The position numbers and the translations under genes were made by a program. The notes beneath the pieces were generated by a model. The model was not told the DNA's origin and ran no database searches. It was given only the letters and a program-made list of their open reading frames with translations. From Phycisphaeraceae bacterium (GTDB lineage: Bacteria > Planctomycetota > Phycisphaerae > Phycisphaerales > Phycisphaeraceae): a stretch of DNA of 27,468 nucleotides. The DNA lies in the NCBI GenBank assembly GCA_003551485.1, contig PUMS01000100.1, positions 1 to 27,468 on the forward strand. Reading direction: 5' to 3'. This document shows, one piece after another, positions 1-8,542 of this stretch (its first letter is position 1; each line of letters starts with the position of its first letter).

Positions 1-2
1 AT

Positions 3-866
3 CAGGACTGGGATGCCATCTTTCTTTTCGACTACAACAGCGGCGCACCCTGGGATGCGCAGCGCATCACCGGCTTCTTTGCCATCGACCAGCACCCGAC
101 GAAGATGGCCAATCTGCCCGCGGCGGCGGCCATGTTCCGCCGCGGCGATGTCGCCCCCGCCGGCCGGCGCGCCACCGTGCAACTCACCCCCGAGCAAGAG
201 GTGGAACTGATCGGCCGTCACGGCCGCGCGTGGAACCTGCTCGATGCCACCGCCCTTGGCCTGCCCCCGCACCTGCCGCTGGTCATGGGCACGGGAATTG
301 AACTGACCGATCGGCCACCTCGCAACACGGCCAACCGCTACCCCGACGCGCCGCGGCCGCCGGTCTTCACCAGCGATACCGGTGAGCTGACCTGGGATGT
401 GTCGCGCCAGGGCCAGGGCGTCGTCACGGTGACGGCGCCGCGCACGCGGGCGGTCATCGGCTTTGGCGACAACCGGCGGTTCGAACTGGGCGATGTGACC
501 ATCACACCGGGGCAGACGCATCAGAACTGGTGTACCATCGCGCTGACGGTGGTGGAAGGCAGCTTCGCCGGACCGGGTCGAGCCCTTCTGGTGCTCACCG
601 GCGAGGCGGGCAACACCGACATGCGCTGGGCCGATGCCCAGCGCAGCACCGTTGGCCGCGACTGGGGCCGGTCGCCGAGCGTGGTCGAGGTGATACCCGC
701 CCGCATCGAACTGCCCCTGCCGCCCGCCCGCGTGATGGCCTGGGCCCTCGATGAGCGCGGCCAGCGAAAGCGCCCCATCCCCGTGGAACCGGCCGGCGGC
801 GGCCGAACCGCCATCCAGACCGGCGGCAACGTCGAGACGATCTGGTACGAGATTCAATGGCAATGA
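3..866 (+). CDS. C-terminal part (5'-truncated by the window edge) of a putative carbohydrate-active / glycoside-hydrolase-like protein
   Basis: The frame of ORF 105..866 is open from position 3 (QDWDAIFLFDY...GFFAIDQHPTKMANLPAAAAMFRRGDV) to TGA at 864-866. The QDWD-x-IFxFxY segment and the beta-rich C-terminus (VIGFG, WCTIALT, LLVLTG..NTDMRW, WALDERGQR, TIWYEI) resemble large CBM/GH-type proteins I recall from Planctomycetes. The product is uncertain. Confidence 0.6.
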   Translation, partial: QDWDAIFLFDYNSGAPWDAQRITGFFAIDQHPTKMANLPAAAAMFRRGDVAPAGRRATVQLTPEQEVELIGRHGRAWNLLDATALGLPPHLPLVMGTGIELTDRPPRNTANRYPDAPRPPVFTSDTGELTWDVSRQGQGVVTVTAPRTRAVIGFGDNRRFELGDVTITPGQTHQNWCTIALTVVEGSFAGPGRALLVLTGEAGNTDMRWADAQRSTVGRDWGRSPSVVEVIPARIELPLPPARVMAWALDERGQRKRPIPVEPAGGGRTAIQTGGNVETIWYEIQWQ

Positions 867-997
867 ACCAGACCATGGCGATCTTCGCGCCAGGGCGACC
901 TGCCACAGCGGCCCCTGGCGGTCCGGCATTCGACCCGCGCGATGGTGCGATGCCGCAGCCCATCACCTCTTGCCCGCCTGTACCGGAGGAGGAAGGG

Positions 998-2011
998 GTG
1001 GGCGTTGAATCGCAGTGGGGTGGATGCTCCGGTCGTTGGATTGGAGTTGTTGTCGGCGTGTCTCTTCTGGTCATCCTGTCCACCGCAACGGGCGCTGACA
1101 CCGAAGCGCCACCCCAGGCGCCTCCGTTGCCAGACCTGTCCGGGCAGCGCATCGTTCTTGAACGCCCGCTGCCCCAGCGCAGTGAACTGCGCTATGCCCT
1201 TTACCGCCTGGAACTGACCCATCCCGCCGACCCGGCGCCCGATAGGGCCGCCGAACGGGCCGGCCTCGAGCGTTTCGCTTCGATCCCCCGCGCCGGGGTG
1301 CAGCGGCCGGTTTTCGCCGACGAGCGCACCATCCTGCTGGTGGTCGATGCCGGCCGGCCGGTCAACCCCGCCGCTGACATGCCCCGGCAGCGCCATCGAA
1401 AGCCCGGCCCGCGAGTGCCCGCCGAAGATGAGGCCCTGGCACGCAGCGCCGCCGAGGCGCTGGCGGACCAACCCGATGCCACCACCTCCAGCGAACGCGC
1501 CATCGTGCTCAGCCAGACCGTCGCCCGCTGGTGGGCCGATGAGAGCGAAGAGGGCCACCCCGCCCTCGCGGCGATTACCCCGTGGCCGCGGCCATTGGGC
1601 GAATCGGCCCCCGCCGCGTGGTCGCTGGCCGCTGCGCTGCGGTCGCAGGGCATTCCCGCACGGGTCGTGGCCGGGCTGGTCTACGCCTACGAGCCGGCCG
1701 AGGCAGACAAGAACGAGCAAGAGCACGAGCAGGAGCAGGCCGACGCCGAACCCGCCTTCACCTTCCGCATGTGGGTGCAGGCCTGGGTGGGCGGCGATGA
1801 ACAGCCGCGCGAGGGCCAGCCGCCACCGATCGGCGCCCGCTGGGTGGACCTGGATGCCACCGACCCCGCCGACCACACCGGCCGCATCGCCCTGGCGAGC
1901 GGTGTGCTCGAAAACCAAGACCTTCACCCGGATGCCGCGGCACTGGCTGACCTTCTCGATCGGCTGCGCATCGAGGTCATCTCGCCGCGCCCCTTTCCGG
2001 GAGACCGCTGA
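998..2011 (+). CDS. Transglutaminase-like (TGc-fold) domain protein with an N-terminal signal/TM segment; catalytic Cys and His appear substituted
   Basis: ORF 857..2011. Probable GTG start at 998 after GGAGGAGGAAGGG (ATG at 857, 863 or 875 are alternatives). Hydrophobic stretch WIGVVVGVSLLVILSTATG. TGc-type motifs LAAALRSQGIPARVVAGLVY, FRMWVQAW and RWVDLDAT. The stop codon overlaps the next start (TGATG at 2009-2013). Confidence 0.7.
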   Translation: MGVESQWGGCSGRWIGVVVGVSLLVILSTATGADTEAPPQAPPLPDLSGQRIVLERPLPQRSELRYALYRLELTHPADPAPDRAAERAGLERFASIPRAGVQRPVFADERTILLVVDAGRPVNPAADMPRQRHRKPGPRVPAEDEALARSAAEALADQPDATTSSERAIVLSQTVARWWADESEEGHPALAAITPWPRPLGESAPAAWSLAAALRSQGIPARVVAGLVYAYEPAEADKNEQEHEQEQADAEPAFTFRMWVQAWVGGDEQPREGQPPPIGARWVDLDATDPADHTGRIALASGVLENQDLHPDAAALADLLDRLRIEVISPRPFPGDR

Positions 2012-2898
2012 TGGCCGCATCGGCATCGCCACCCCCCAGCGCTGATCCCGGCCCCCTGCCTCGAGCGCCCGCGCGTCCGGTGGACGGCCATAAGGGCACC
2101 TTCGGCACCGTCATCATCGTCGGTGGCTGCGCCACGATGCCCGGGGCGCCGGCCCTTTGTGCCCGGGCGGCCATCCGCGGCGGGACCGGGCTGGTGCGTA
2201 TCGCCGCGCTGCCCAAAGTGCTGGCCATGAGCCTGGTCATCGAGCCTCACGCCACGGGCATCGAACTGCCCGAACAACCGCAACCGGGCTGGCTCGATGC
2301 CCACGACCCCGCCCGCCGCGCCGTCCTGGCCGTCGGTCCGGGCCTGAGCACGGCCCCCTTCGCCAGGCACACGCTGGCCGGACTGCTCGACGACCCCCGC
2401 GCCATGGTCCTGGATGCCGATGGCCTGAACCTGCTGGCCGAGCTTGGCCCCACGCAGATCGCCCCCAGCCCCGACACCGCCACCGGCCCGCGCATCCTCA
2501 CCCCGCACCCCGGCGAGTTCGCCCGCCTGGCCGAAGCGCTGGACATCCCACCCATCGGCCACGACAGCGATTCCCGCCGCGCGGGCGCCCGGACAATGGC
2601 GCAGCGCCTCGGCGGGGGCGCGGTGGTCGTGCTCAAGGGCGCCGGCACCGTCATCACCGATGGCATCCACACGGCCATCAACCCCACCGGCCACCCCGCC
2701 CTTGCCGTGGGCGGCAGCGGCGACGTGCTCACCGGCCTCATCGCCGCCCTGCTGGCCCAGGGCATGCCCCCCTTCAACGCCGCGCGGCTTGCCGCATGGA
2801 TGCACGGCGCTGCGGCCGAGCTCTGGGCCACCCGCCGCGGCCCCGCCGGCCTGCGCGCCGTCGAACTGGCCGACCTGCTACCCCACGTCCGCCCGTGA
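2011..2898 (+). CDS. nnrD: ADP-dependent NAD(P)H-hydrate dehydratase (YjeF C-terminal / carbohydrate kinase family), standalone
   Basis: Motifs GHKGTFGTVIIVGG..PGAPALCARAAIRGGTGLV, GPGL, DADGLN, LTPHPGEFARL, VLKGAGTVI and LAVGGSGDVLTGLIAALLAQG. Confidence 0.93.
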   Translation: MAASASPPPSADPGPLPRAPARPVDGHKGTFGTVIIVGGCATMPGAPALCARAAIRGGTGLVRIAALPKVLAMSLVIEPHATGIELPEQPQPGWLDAHDPARRAVLAVGPGLSTAPFARHTLAGLLDDPRAMVLDADGLNLLAELGPTQIAPSPDTATGPRILTPHPGEFARLAEALDIPPIGHDSDSRRAGARTMAQRLGGGAVVVLKGAGTVITDGIHTAINPTGHPALAVGGSGDVLTGLIAALLAQGMPPFNAARLAAWMHGAAAELWATRRGPAGLRAVELADLLPHVRP

Positions 2899-3066
2899 CC
2901 GCGCTCCACCACATCCCGCCGGGGGCCGCTGGTGGTTTGCCCACCAGTGCATATGACATCCACCAGAGACGTTGGCTGGCGAGTCGCCCGTTGCACCCGA
3001 TGCATCCAGCCCCATCCGGCTTGGAAACCATGGCACACCCCGACGGGTCAATGCGCTATACGGGAA

Positions 3067-3095
3067 TTGTCCAGCCCCTTTGCGGCCCATAAAAT
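3067..3095 (+). promoter_or_regulatory. sigma70-type promoter upstream of groES-like/aroA
   Basis: TTGTCC (3067-3072), 17-nt spacer, TAAAAT (3090-3095), in the intergenic gap about 55 nt before the GTG start. Confidence 0.6.
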
Positions 3096-3150
3096 GTTGA
3101 TTCGCGGTCGTCGGCCGCGCCGCAATTGTGGAAAGGTGGTCTGGAACACT

Positions 3151-3477
3151 GTGGAAACCGTTGAACCCATTGGCAAGCGGGTGCTGATCCGCAAGGATGA
3201 GGACAAGAAGCAGACCAAGTCCGGCATTCATCTGCCGGACAAGATGGAGATACCCACTCTCACCGGGCGCATCGTCACCGTCTCGGCGGAGATTGCGGCC
3301 AACAGCGACTACCCCATCGAGCAGTACGACCGGGTGCTGTTCAACCCCAAGGGCGCCATTCCCGTGGACTTCGAGGGCGACAACCGCCTCTTTGTCGTGC
3401 CGGTGGAGAACGTGGTGGCCGTCTTCCGCAAGGCACGCGGCGGGGTGGCCAGCCTCGATGAGCCGGAGCAGGCGTGA
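3151..3477 (+). CDS. groES: Co-chaperonin GroES (Cpn10) family protein, orphan (no groEL adjacent)
   Basis: Part of ORF 2932..3477. GTG at 3151 after GAAAGGTGG. Sequence VEPIGKRVLIRK..KQTKSGIHLPD..GRIVTV..DRVLF..LFVVPVENVVAV matches the Cpn10 pattern (PLGDRV, mobile loop TxSGIxLP). Confidence 0.85.
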   Translation: METVEPIGKRVLIRKDEDKKQTKSGIHLPDKMEIPTLTGRIVTVSAEIAANSDYPIEQYDRVLFNPKGAIPVDFEGDNRLFVVPVENVVAVFRKARGGVASLDEPEQA

Positions 3478-4781
3478 CCGAACAGCTTGCGCTCAATCCC
3501 ATCGCGCCGTTTGACGTGGCGCTGACCCCGCCCGGCTCCAAGAGCCTCACCAACCGCGCCCTGCCGCTGGCGGCTCTGGCCGAGGGCGACTCGGTGCTGC
3601 ATCGGCCCCTCTGGGCCGATGACACCCGCCACCTGCTGGCCGCGCTGCGCGCTCTGGGGGTCGATGTCCGCGGTGAGAATGGGGCCGAGATGATCGCCAT
3701 TGCCGGGCGCGGCGGGCGCCTGCCGGGCGGGGGCGGCACGGGGCCGATCCGCCTCGAGGTGGGCAACGCCGGCACGGCATACCGCTTCCTCACCGCCGCG
3801 CTGGCGGTCGGCGAGGGCATCTACGAGCTCGACGGCATCGCCCGGATGCGCCAGCGCCCCATCGGCCAGCTCACCGGGCCGCTGCGGCAACTCGGGGCCG
3901 ACATCACCGACCTCGGCCGGCCCGGTTTCCCGCCGCTGCGCATCACCGGAAGGCCGCTGCGCGGCGGGCGGCTCGAATTGGGGCCGACCCTCTCCAGCCA
4001 GTTCATCTCCGCCCTGCTGCTGGTGGGGCCGCTGCTGCGCGGCGGGCTGGAGCTGAGCTTCACCGGCCCGCTCATCAGCCGGCCTTATGTCGAGATGACG
4101 CTGGCTGTGATGCGGTCGTTCGGCATCACCGCCGAGGCTGAGGCGGACCTGAAGCGCATCGCCGTGCCGGAGGGGCGCTACCTCGGCCGCGAGCTGAGCA
4201 TCGAGCCCGATGCGTCCAACGCCAGCTACTTCCTGGCCGCCGCGGCCATCATCCCCGGCAGCCGGTGCAGGATCGAGGGCCTGGGGCGCCGCAGCGTCCA
4301 GGGCGATGTGGGCTTCGCCGCGGTACTCGAGCGGATGGGCGCAACGGTCGAGATGGGCGATGAGCACATCACTGTCACCGGGCCCGATCGCCTCCGTGGC
4401 GTGGAGGTGGACCTCAACGCCATGCCGGACATGGCCCAGACGCTGGCCGTGGTCGCCCTCTTCGCACAGGGGCCGACCACGATCCGCGGAGTGGGCAACC
4501 TGCGGGTGAAGGAGACCGATCGCCTCGAGGCCCTTCGCTGCGAGCTGGGCAAGCTCGGGGCGAAGGTGGACATCGAGGGCGAGACGTTGCACATCCACCC
4601 GCCGCAGGACAATCGCACCCGACCGGCCACCATCGCCACCTACGATGATCACCGCATGGCCATGAGCTTCACCCTGGCGGGACTCCGCAGCGAGGGCGTG
4701 GTCATCGCCGACCCCGGATGCGTGGCCAAGACCTTCCCCGACTATTTCCAGTATGTTGCCCGCCTGAGCCAGGGCCGCTGA
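3474..4781 (+). CDS. aroA: 3-phosphoshikimate 1-carboxyvinyltransferase (EPSP synthase)
   Basis: Motifs PPGSKSLTNRA, GNAGTAYRF, RMRQRPI, SSQFISALL, DASNASYF, MPD, RVKETDR, DDHRMAM and KTFPDYF. The GTG start overlaps the groES stop (GTGA). Confidence 0.97.
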   Translation: MTEQLALNPIAPFDVALTPPGSKSLTNRALPLAALAEGDSVLHRPLWADDTRHLLAALRALGVDVRGENGAEMIAIAGRGGRLPGGGGTGPIRLEVGNAGTAYRFLTAALAVGEGIYELDGIARMRQRPIGQLTGPLRQLGADITDLGRPGFPPLRITGRPLRGGRLELGPTLSSQFISALLLVGPLLRGGLELSFTGPLISRPYVEMTLAVMRSFGITAEAEADLKRIAVPEGRYLGRELSIEPDASNASYFLAAAAIIPGSRCRIEGLGRRSVQGDVGFAAVLERMGATVEMGDEHITVTGPDRLRGVEVDLNAMPDMAQTLAVVALFAQGPTTIRGVGNLRVKETDRLEALRCELGKLGAKVDIEGETLHIHPPQDNRTRPATIATYDDHRMAMSFTLAGLRSEGVVIADPGCVAKTFPDYFQYVARLSQGR

Positions 4782-4907
4782 GCACCGTCACCGCCGACCC
4801 GCGCCCGGTCGCGAGCCCCAGCCCGCTGCTCCACAGGCCCCCGCAGTGCCCCCGCCGCCGCCCGCCTGGCAGCCCTCGTCACCGACCGCAACCCCGCAAA
4901 GCCCGCC

Positions 4908-6779
4908 ATGGACTCCGCCCCCCCAAGCCGCCGCGCCTTCTGGACCACCGCGAAGGTACTGCTCAACTACAAGCGCCAGCTCGCCCTGAGCCTGCTGGGC
5001 GCGGTGATTGCGGGCCTGTGCTTCGGTGCGGGGCTGGGCATGGTCCTGCCGGTCATGAAAATTCTGCTCGAACAGCAGCAGACGCTGGATGTGCTCATCC
5101 ATAACTACATCGGCGGCGGAGCCGAGGCCACCGGCACACTGGCCGACCACATCGGCGACTGGCTCGCCGGCCGGGTGCCGGCCGACCCGTTTCACGCCTT
5201 CATCGGTGTGATGGCCATCGTGGCGGTGCTGACGGTGGTGGGCAACTTCGGCCGCTTCATCCACGGCTACATCGCCCTGACCGTGGCCCACCGCGCCACG
5301 ATGCTGTGGCGTAACCGCCTGTTCGACCGGCTGGTGCATGCACCGCTGGCCGAGGCGATGTACGCCGGCAGTTCGAAGCAGGTCAGCCGTCTGATCCACG
5401 ACACCAATCACCTGACGGTCGGCTACAACGCGCTGATCGGGAGCACCGTGGTCGAGTTGACCAAGATGACCGCCGCGCTGTCGCTGGCGTTCGTCATCAA
5501 CTGGCAGCTCACACTGGTGGCCCTGGCCGGTGCGCCGCTGATCGGCCTGCTTGCCAATTACTTCGGCCGGCGCATCCGCCGCGCGGTCAAGGGCGTGCTC
5601 GAGCGGGCCGGCGAGATGGTCGGTATCGCCTCGGCGGCGCTGGCGCACCTGCGGGTGGTCAAGACCCACGGGGCCGAAGGCTACGAACGGCGGCGCTTCC
5701 GCTGCGTCACCCGCGACATCTACCACCAGCAGATGCGCATGCGCAAGGCCCAGGCGCTGGCCTCGCCGGCCAACGAGGTCATCTCGCTCATGGGCGTCCT
5801 GGCGGTGGCGGTGATCGCCGCGTGGTTCGTACTGCGACAGAACACGCCGCCGGAAGAGTTCTTCGCCGTCATGGCCATGCTCATCGGCGCCGGTTCGAGC
5901 GTCAAGCCGCTGACGCGGGTTCACACCAAGCTCAAGGAAGCCGAGGCCGGCGCCCAGCGCGTCATGGCCGCCTACAACCTGCCCATCGAGCCGACCGAGC
6001 CGAAGGTCCGCAGTCGATACCCCAGCCTGCCGCGCCACAGCCGGAGCATCGTCTTCGACCGCATCCACTACACCTATCCCGGCAACGAGCGCCCGGCGCT
6101 GGTGGATGTGAACCTGACCGTCGAGCACGGCCAGCGCATCGCCATCGTCGGCGGCAACGGCTCGGGCAAGACCACGCTGCTGAGCATGCTGCCGCGGCTG
6201 TTGGAGCCCGATGAAGGCCGGGTGCTGATCGATGGGGTCGACATCGCCGGGGTCAACCTTCGCAGCCTGCGCGACCAGATGGCGGTGGTCACGCAGGAGC
6301 CGGCGCTGTTCGCCGGCACGATCGCCCAGAACATCACCTACGGCCGCGGCTGGATCCGCCAGGAGCGGATCGAAGCCGCCGCCCGCGCCGCCTACGCCCA
6401 CGAGTTCATCACCGAACTGAGCCGCGGCTACCAGACCCGCCTGGCCGAGCACGGCGTGGGCCTCTCCGGCGGCCAGCGCCAGCGCCTGTGCCTGGTACGT
6501 GCCATCCTCCGCCAGCCGGCGATCCTGATCCTCGATGAAGCCACCAGCCAGATCGACGTCGACTCCGAGGAAAAGATCAACCGTGCGCTGCGCGAGTTCA
6601 GCCGGGGCCGCACCACCTTCGTCATCGCCCACCGCTTCAGTACGGTCATCGACGCCGATCTGATCGTCCTGATGGACGATGGCCGCATCCTCGACCTCGG
6701 CCCCCACGACGACCTGATCCGCCGCTGCCCCCCCTACCGCATCCTCGCCCAGACCCAGCTCGTCCCCGCCGAGGCGTAG
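4908..6779 (+). CDS. ABC exporter, fused permease plus ATP-binding domain (MsbA-like)
   Basis: N-terminal transmembrane domain, Walker A GGNGSGKTT, Q-loop VVTQEPALF, signature LSGGQRQR, Walker B ILILDEATSQID and H-loop IAHR. Confidence 0.93.
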   Translation: MDSAPPSRRAFWTTAKVLLNYKRQLALSLLGAVIAGLCFGAGLGMVLPVMKILLEQQQTLDVLIHNYIGGGAEATGTLADHIGDWLAGRVPADPFHAFIGVMAIVAVLTVVGNFGRFIHGYIALTVAHRATMLWRNRLFDRLVHAPLAEAMYAGSSKQVSRLIHDTNHLTVGYNALIGSTVVELTKMTAALSLAFVINWQLTLVALAGAPLIGLLANYFGRRIRRAVKGVLERAGEMVGIASAALAHLRVVKTHGAEGYERRRFRCVTRDIYHQQMRMRKAQALASPANEVISLMGVLAVAVIAAWFVLRQNTPPEEFFAVMAMLIGAGSSVKPLTRVHTKLKEAEAGAQRVMAAYNLPIEPTEPKVRSRYPSLPRHSRSIVFDRIHYTYPGNERPALVDVNLTVEHGQRIAIVGGNGSGKTTLLSMLPRLLEPDEGRVLIDGVDIAGVNLRSLRDQMAVVTQEPALFAGTIAQNITYGRGWIRQERIEAAARAAYAHEFITELSRGYQTRLAEHGVGLSGGQRQRLCLVRAILRQPAILILDEATSQIDVDSEEKINRALREFSRGRTTFVIAHRFSTVIDADLIVLMDDGRILDLGPHDDLIRRCPPYRILAQTQLVPAEA

Positions 6780-6825
6780 GCCCGGAAAAAGCGACACCGC
6801 TGAACACCGTCCGCTTTGGCCACCG

Positions 6826-6917
6826 GCAGAGAAAAAGGTGGCAGCAGAGAAAAAGGTGTCAGGACCCTTTGCCGTAAAAAGGTTCCTGGCACCTTTTCTT
6901 CCTCACCTTTTCTTCCT
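6826..6917. repeat. REP-like palindromic element: ~20-bp inverted repeat with duplicated outer arms
   Basis: AAAAGGTGTCAGGACCCTTT (6851-6870) and AAAGGTTCCTGGCACCTTTT (6878-6897) form an inverted pair with 2 mismatches. They are flanked by GCAGAGAAAAAGGTG x2 (6826-6840, 6844-6858) and CACCTTTTCTTCCT x2 (6890-6903, 6904-6917). Confidence 0.75.
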
Positions 6918-6975
6918 CGGTTTTCCGGATGCGGGTTTTCGAGTTCGGTGAAAGGTGGCTAGAGTCTGATCTGCC

Positions 6976-8403
6976 ATGAAAGCCAAACAGCTCCACAAGC
7001 TCGGTGTGCCGCGCGGCAAGGCCACGCGGTTGACGTTGCGGCTGATCGATGCGGCGTTGTCCAGCGGGGTGGGCAAGGATGAGCTTCGGCCGCGCATCGC
7101 CGCGGTGGTGGCCGATCCGGCCGGCTCGGTCGAGGACCCGATCTTCGGTGACCTGGCTCGAATGCTGCTGCCGCACGACCACCCCGACTCGCCCCACCGC
7201 GACTACAAGCCTCACCCCGAGGGTTCCGCACCATGGCGGCAATGGGGCGAGGACCTCGATGCCAATGCCCTCGAGCAGATGGACAACGCCGCGAGGCTGC
7301 CCATCGCGGTGCGCGGGGCGCTGATGCCCGATGCCCATGTCGGCTACGGCCTGCCCATCGGCGGCGTGCTGGCCACGGACAATGCCGTCATCCCCTACGC
7401 CGTCGGGGTGGACATCGCCTGCCGGATGAAGCTGACCGTGCTCGACCTGCCCGCCGATCTGCTGCAAAAGCAGTCGCAGCGGCTGATCGATGCCATCGAG
7501 CGCAACACCCGCTTCGGCATGGGGGCCAATTTCGGCAAGCATCCCTGCGACCACCCGGTGATGGATGAGGACTGGTCGATCACCGCGATCACCCGCCAGC
7601 AACGGGACAAGGCCCACCAGCAGCTCGGCACCAGCGGCAGCGGCAACCATTTCGTCGAGTTCGGCGAGTTGCTGATCGAGGATGCCCAGGCCGCGCGGAC
7701 GCTGGACCTGCCCGGGCCGGGCACCTACCTGGCGCTGCTCAGCCACAGCGGCAGCCGCGGGCCGGGGGCGACGGTGGCCGGGTACTACTCGCGCCTGGCG
7801 ATGCACCGCCACCCCGAACTGCCGCGCCACCTGGCGCACCTGGCCTGGCTGGACCTGGACCGGGCCGAGGGACAGGGATACTGGGCCGCGATGGAGTTGA
7901 TGGGCCGCTACGCCAGCGCCAACCATGCCTGCATCCACCGCAACATCCTCAGGCACCTGGATGCGCAGGCGGTGATGACGGTCGAGAACCACCACAACTT
8001 CGCCTGGTGCGAGCGTCACGAGGGCCGCGACCTCATCGTCCACCGCAAGGGCGCCACGCCCGCGGGCGAGGGTGTGCTGGGGGTGATCCCCGGCTCGATG
8101 ACGGCCCCGGCGTTCATCGTTCGCGGCCGGGGCGAGCCGGCATCGCTCAACTCCGCCGCGCACGGCGCCGGCCGGGTGATGTCCCGCCGCGAGGCCCGTC
8201 AGACCTACCGGTGGAAACAGGTGCGCGACTACCTCGAGCATCGCGGCGTGACGGTGCTCTCAGCCGGCCTGGATGAGGTGCCCTTCGTCTACAAGGACAT
8301 CGAGAAGGTCATGAGCCTCCAGCAGGACCTGGTCGAGCCCCTGGCACGCTTTCAACCGCGCATCGTCAAGATGGCCCCCGAGGGCGAACGGCCCGAAGAC
8401 TGA
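6976..8403 (+). CDS. rtcB: RtcB family RNA 2',3'-cyclic phosphate/5'-OH ligase with an N-terminal extension
   Basis: Motifs MPDAHVGYGLPIGGV, VGVDIACRM, LGTSGSGNHF, SHSGSRG, ENHHNFAW, HRKGATPA, IPGSM, SAAHGAGR and DEVPFVYKDIEKVM. Confidence 0.95.
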   Translation: MKAKQLHKLGVPRGKATRLTLRLIDAALSSGVGKDELRPRIAAVVADPAGSVEDPIFGDLARMLLPHDHPDSPHRDYKPHPEGSAPWRQWGEDLDANALEQMDNAARLPIAVRGALMPDAHVGYGLPIGGVLATDNAVIPYAVGVDIACRMKLTVLDLPADLLQKQSQRLIDAIERNTRFGMGANFGKHPCDHPVMDEDWSITAITRQQRDKAHQQLGTSGSGNHFVEFGELLIEDAQAARTLDLPGPGTYLALLSHSGSRGPGATVAGYYSRLAMHRHPELPRHLAHLAWLDLDRAEGQGYWAAMELMGRYASANHACIHRNILRHLDAQAVMTVENHHNFAWCERHEGRDLIVHRKGATPAGEGVLGVIPGSMTAPAFIVRGRGEPASLNSAAHGAGRVMSRREARQTYRWKQVRDYLEHRGVTVLSAGLDEVPFVYKDIEKVMSLQQDLVEPLARFQPRIVKMAPEGERPED

Positions 8404-8422
8404 CGCCGAAAAGGGAAAGGGC

Positions 8423-8460
8423 AAGGGATACCCCTGCATCCCTCGGGGGTCCGAATTACC
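8423..8460. terminator. Two adjacent hairpins between convergent genes (possible terminator)
   Basis: AGGGAT-acccctgc-ATCCCT followed by GGGGGT-ccgaatt-ACCCCC, just after the rtcB stop. No clear U-tract. Confidence 0.3.
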
Positions 8461-8542
8461 CCCCTTGAGAGCGTTGTGGGCCGGGGGAAGGTTCTGAATC
8501 GGGCCGTTGCGTTGGCCAGCGGGATCGCTTCCGGAGCGCAGT

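Noticed and set aside
2899-3150. CIRCE/HrcA heat-shock operator upstream of groES-like
   Set aside because: No TTAGCACTC-N9-GAGTGCTAA-like inverted repeat is present.
4788-6797. Long antisense ORFs (854..2032, 3309..4652, 4788..6797, 6859..8241, 16285..18351, 21882..22994, 24374..25612, 26224..27447 and others)
   Set aside because: They mirror well-supported genes on the opposite strand, have no recognisable motifs, and are expected in high-GC sequence where off-frame stop codons are rare.
6826-6917. Short direct repeats considered as a mini CRISPR array
   Set aside because: The repeats are 14-15 bp, adjacent or separated by 3 nt, with no unique 30-40 bp spacers and no cas genes. The structure is palindromic and REP-like.
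8404-8542. Possible Y-RNA or tRNA-like ncRNA downstream of rtcB
   Set aside because: Only two short hairpins are present, with no T-loop (TTCRA) or Y-RNA stem signature and no Ro60 gene nearby.
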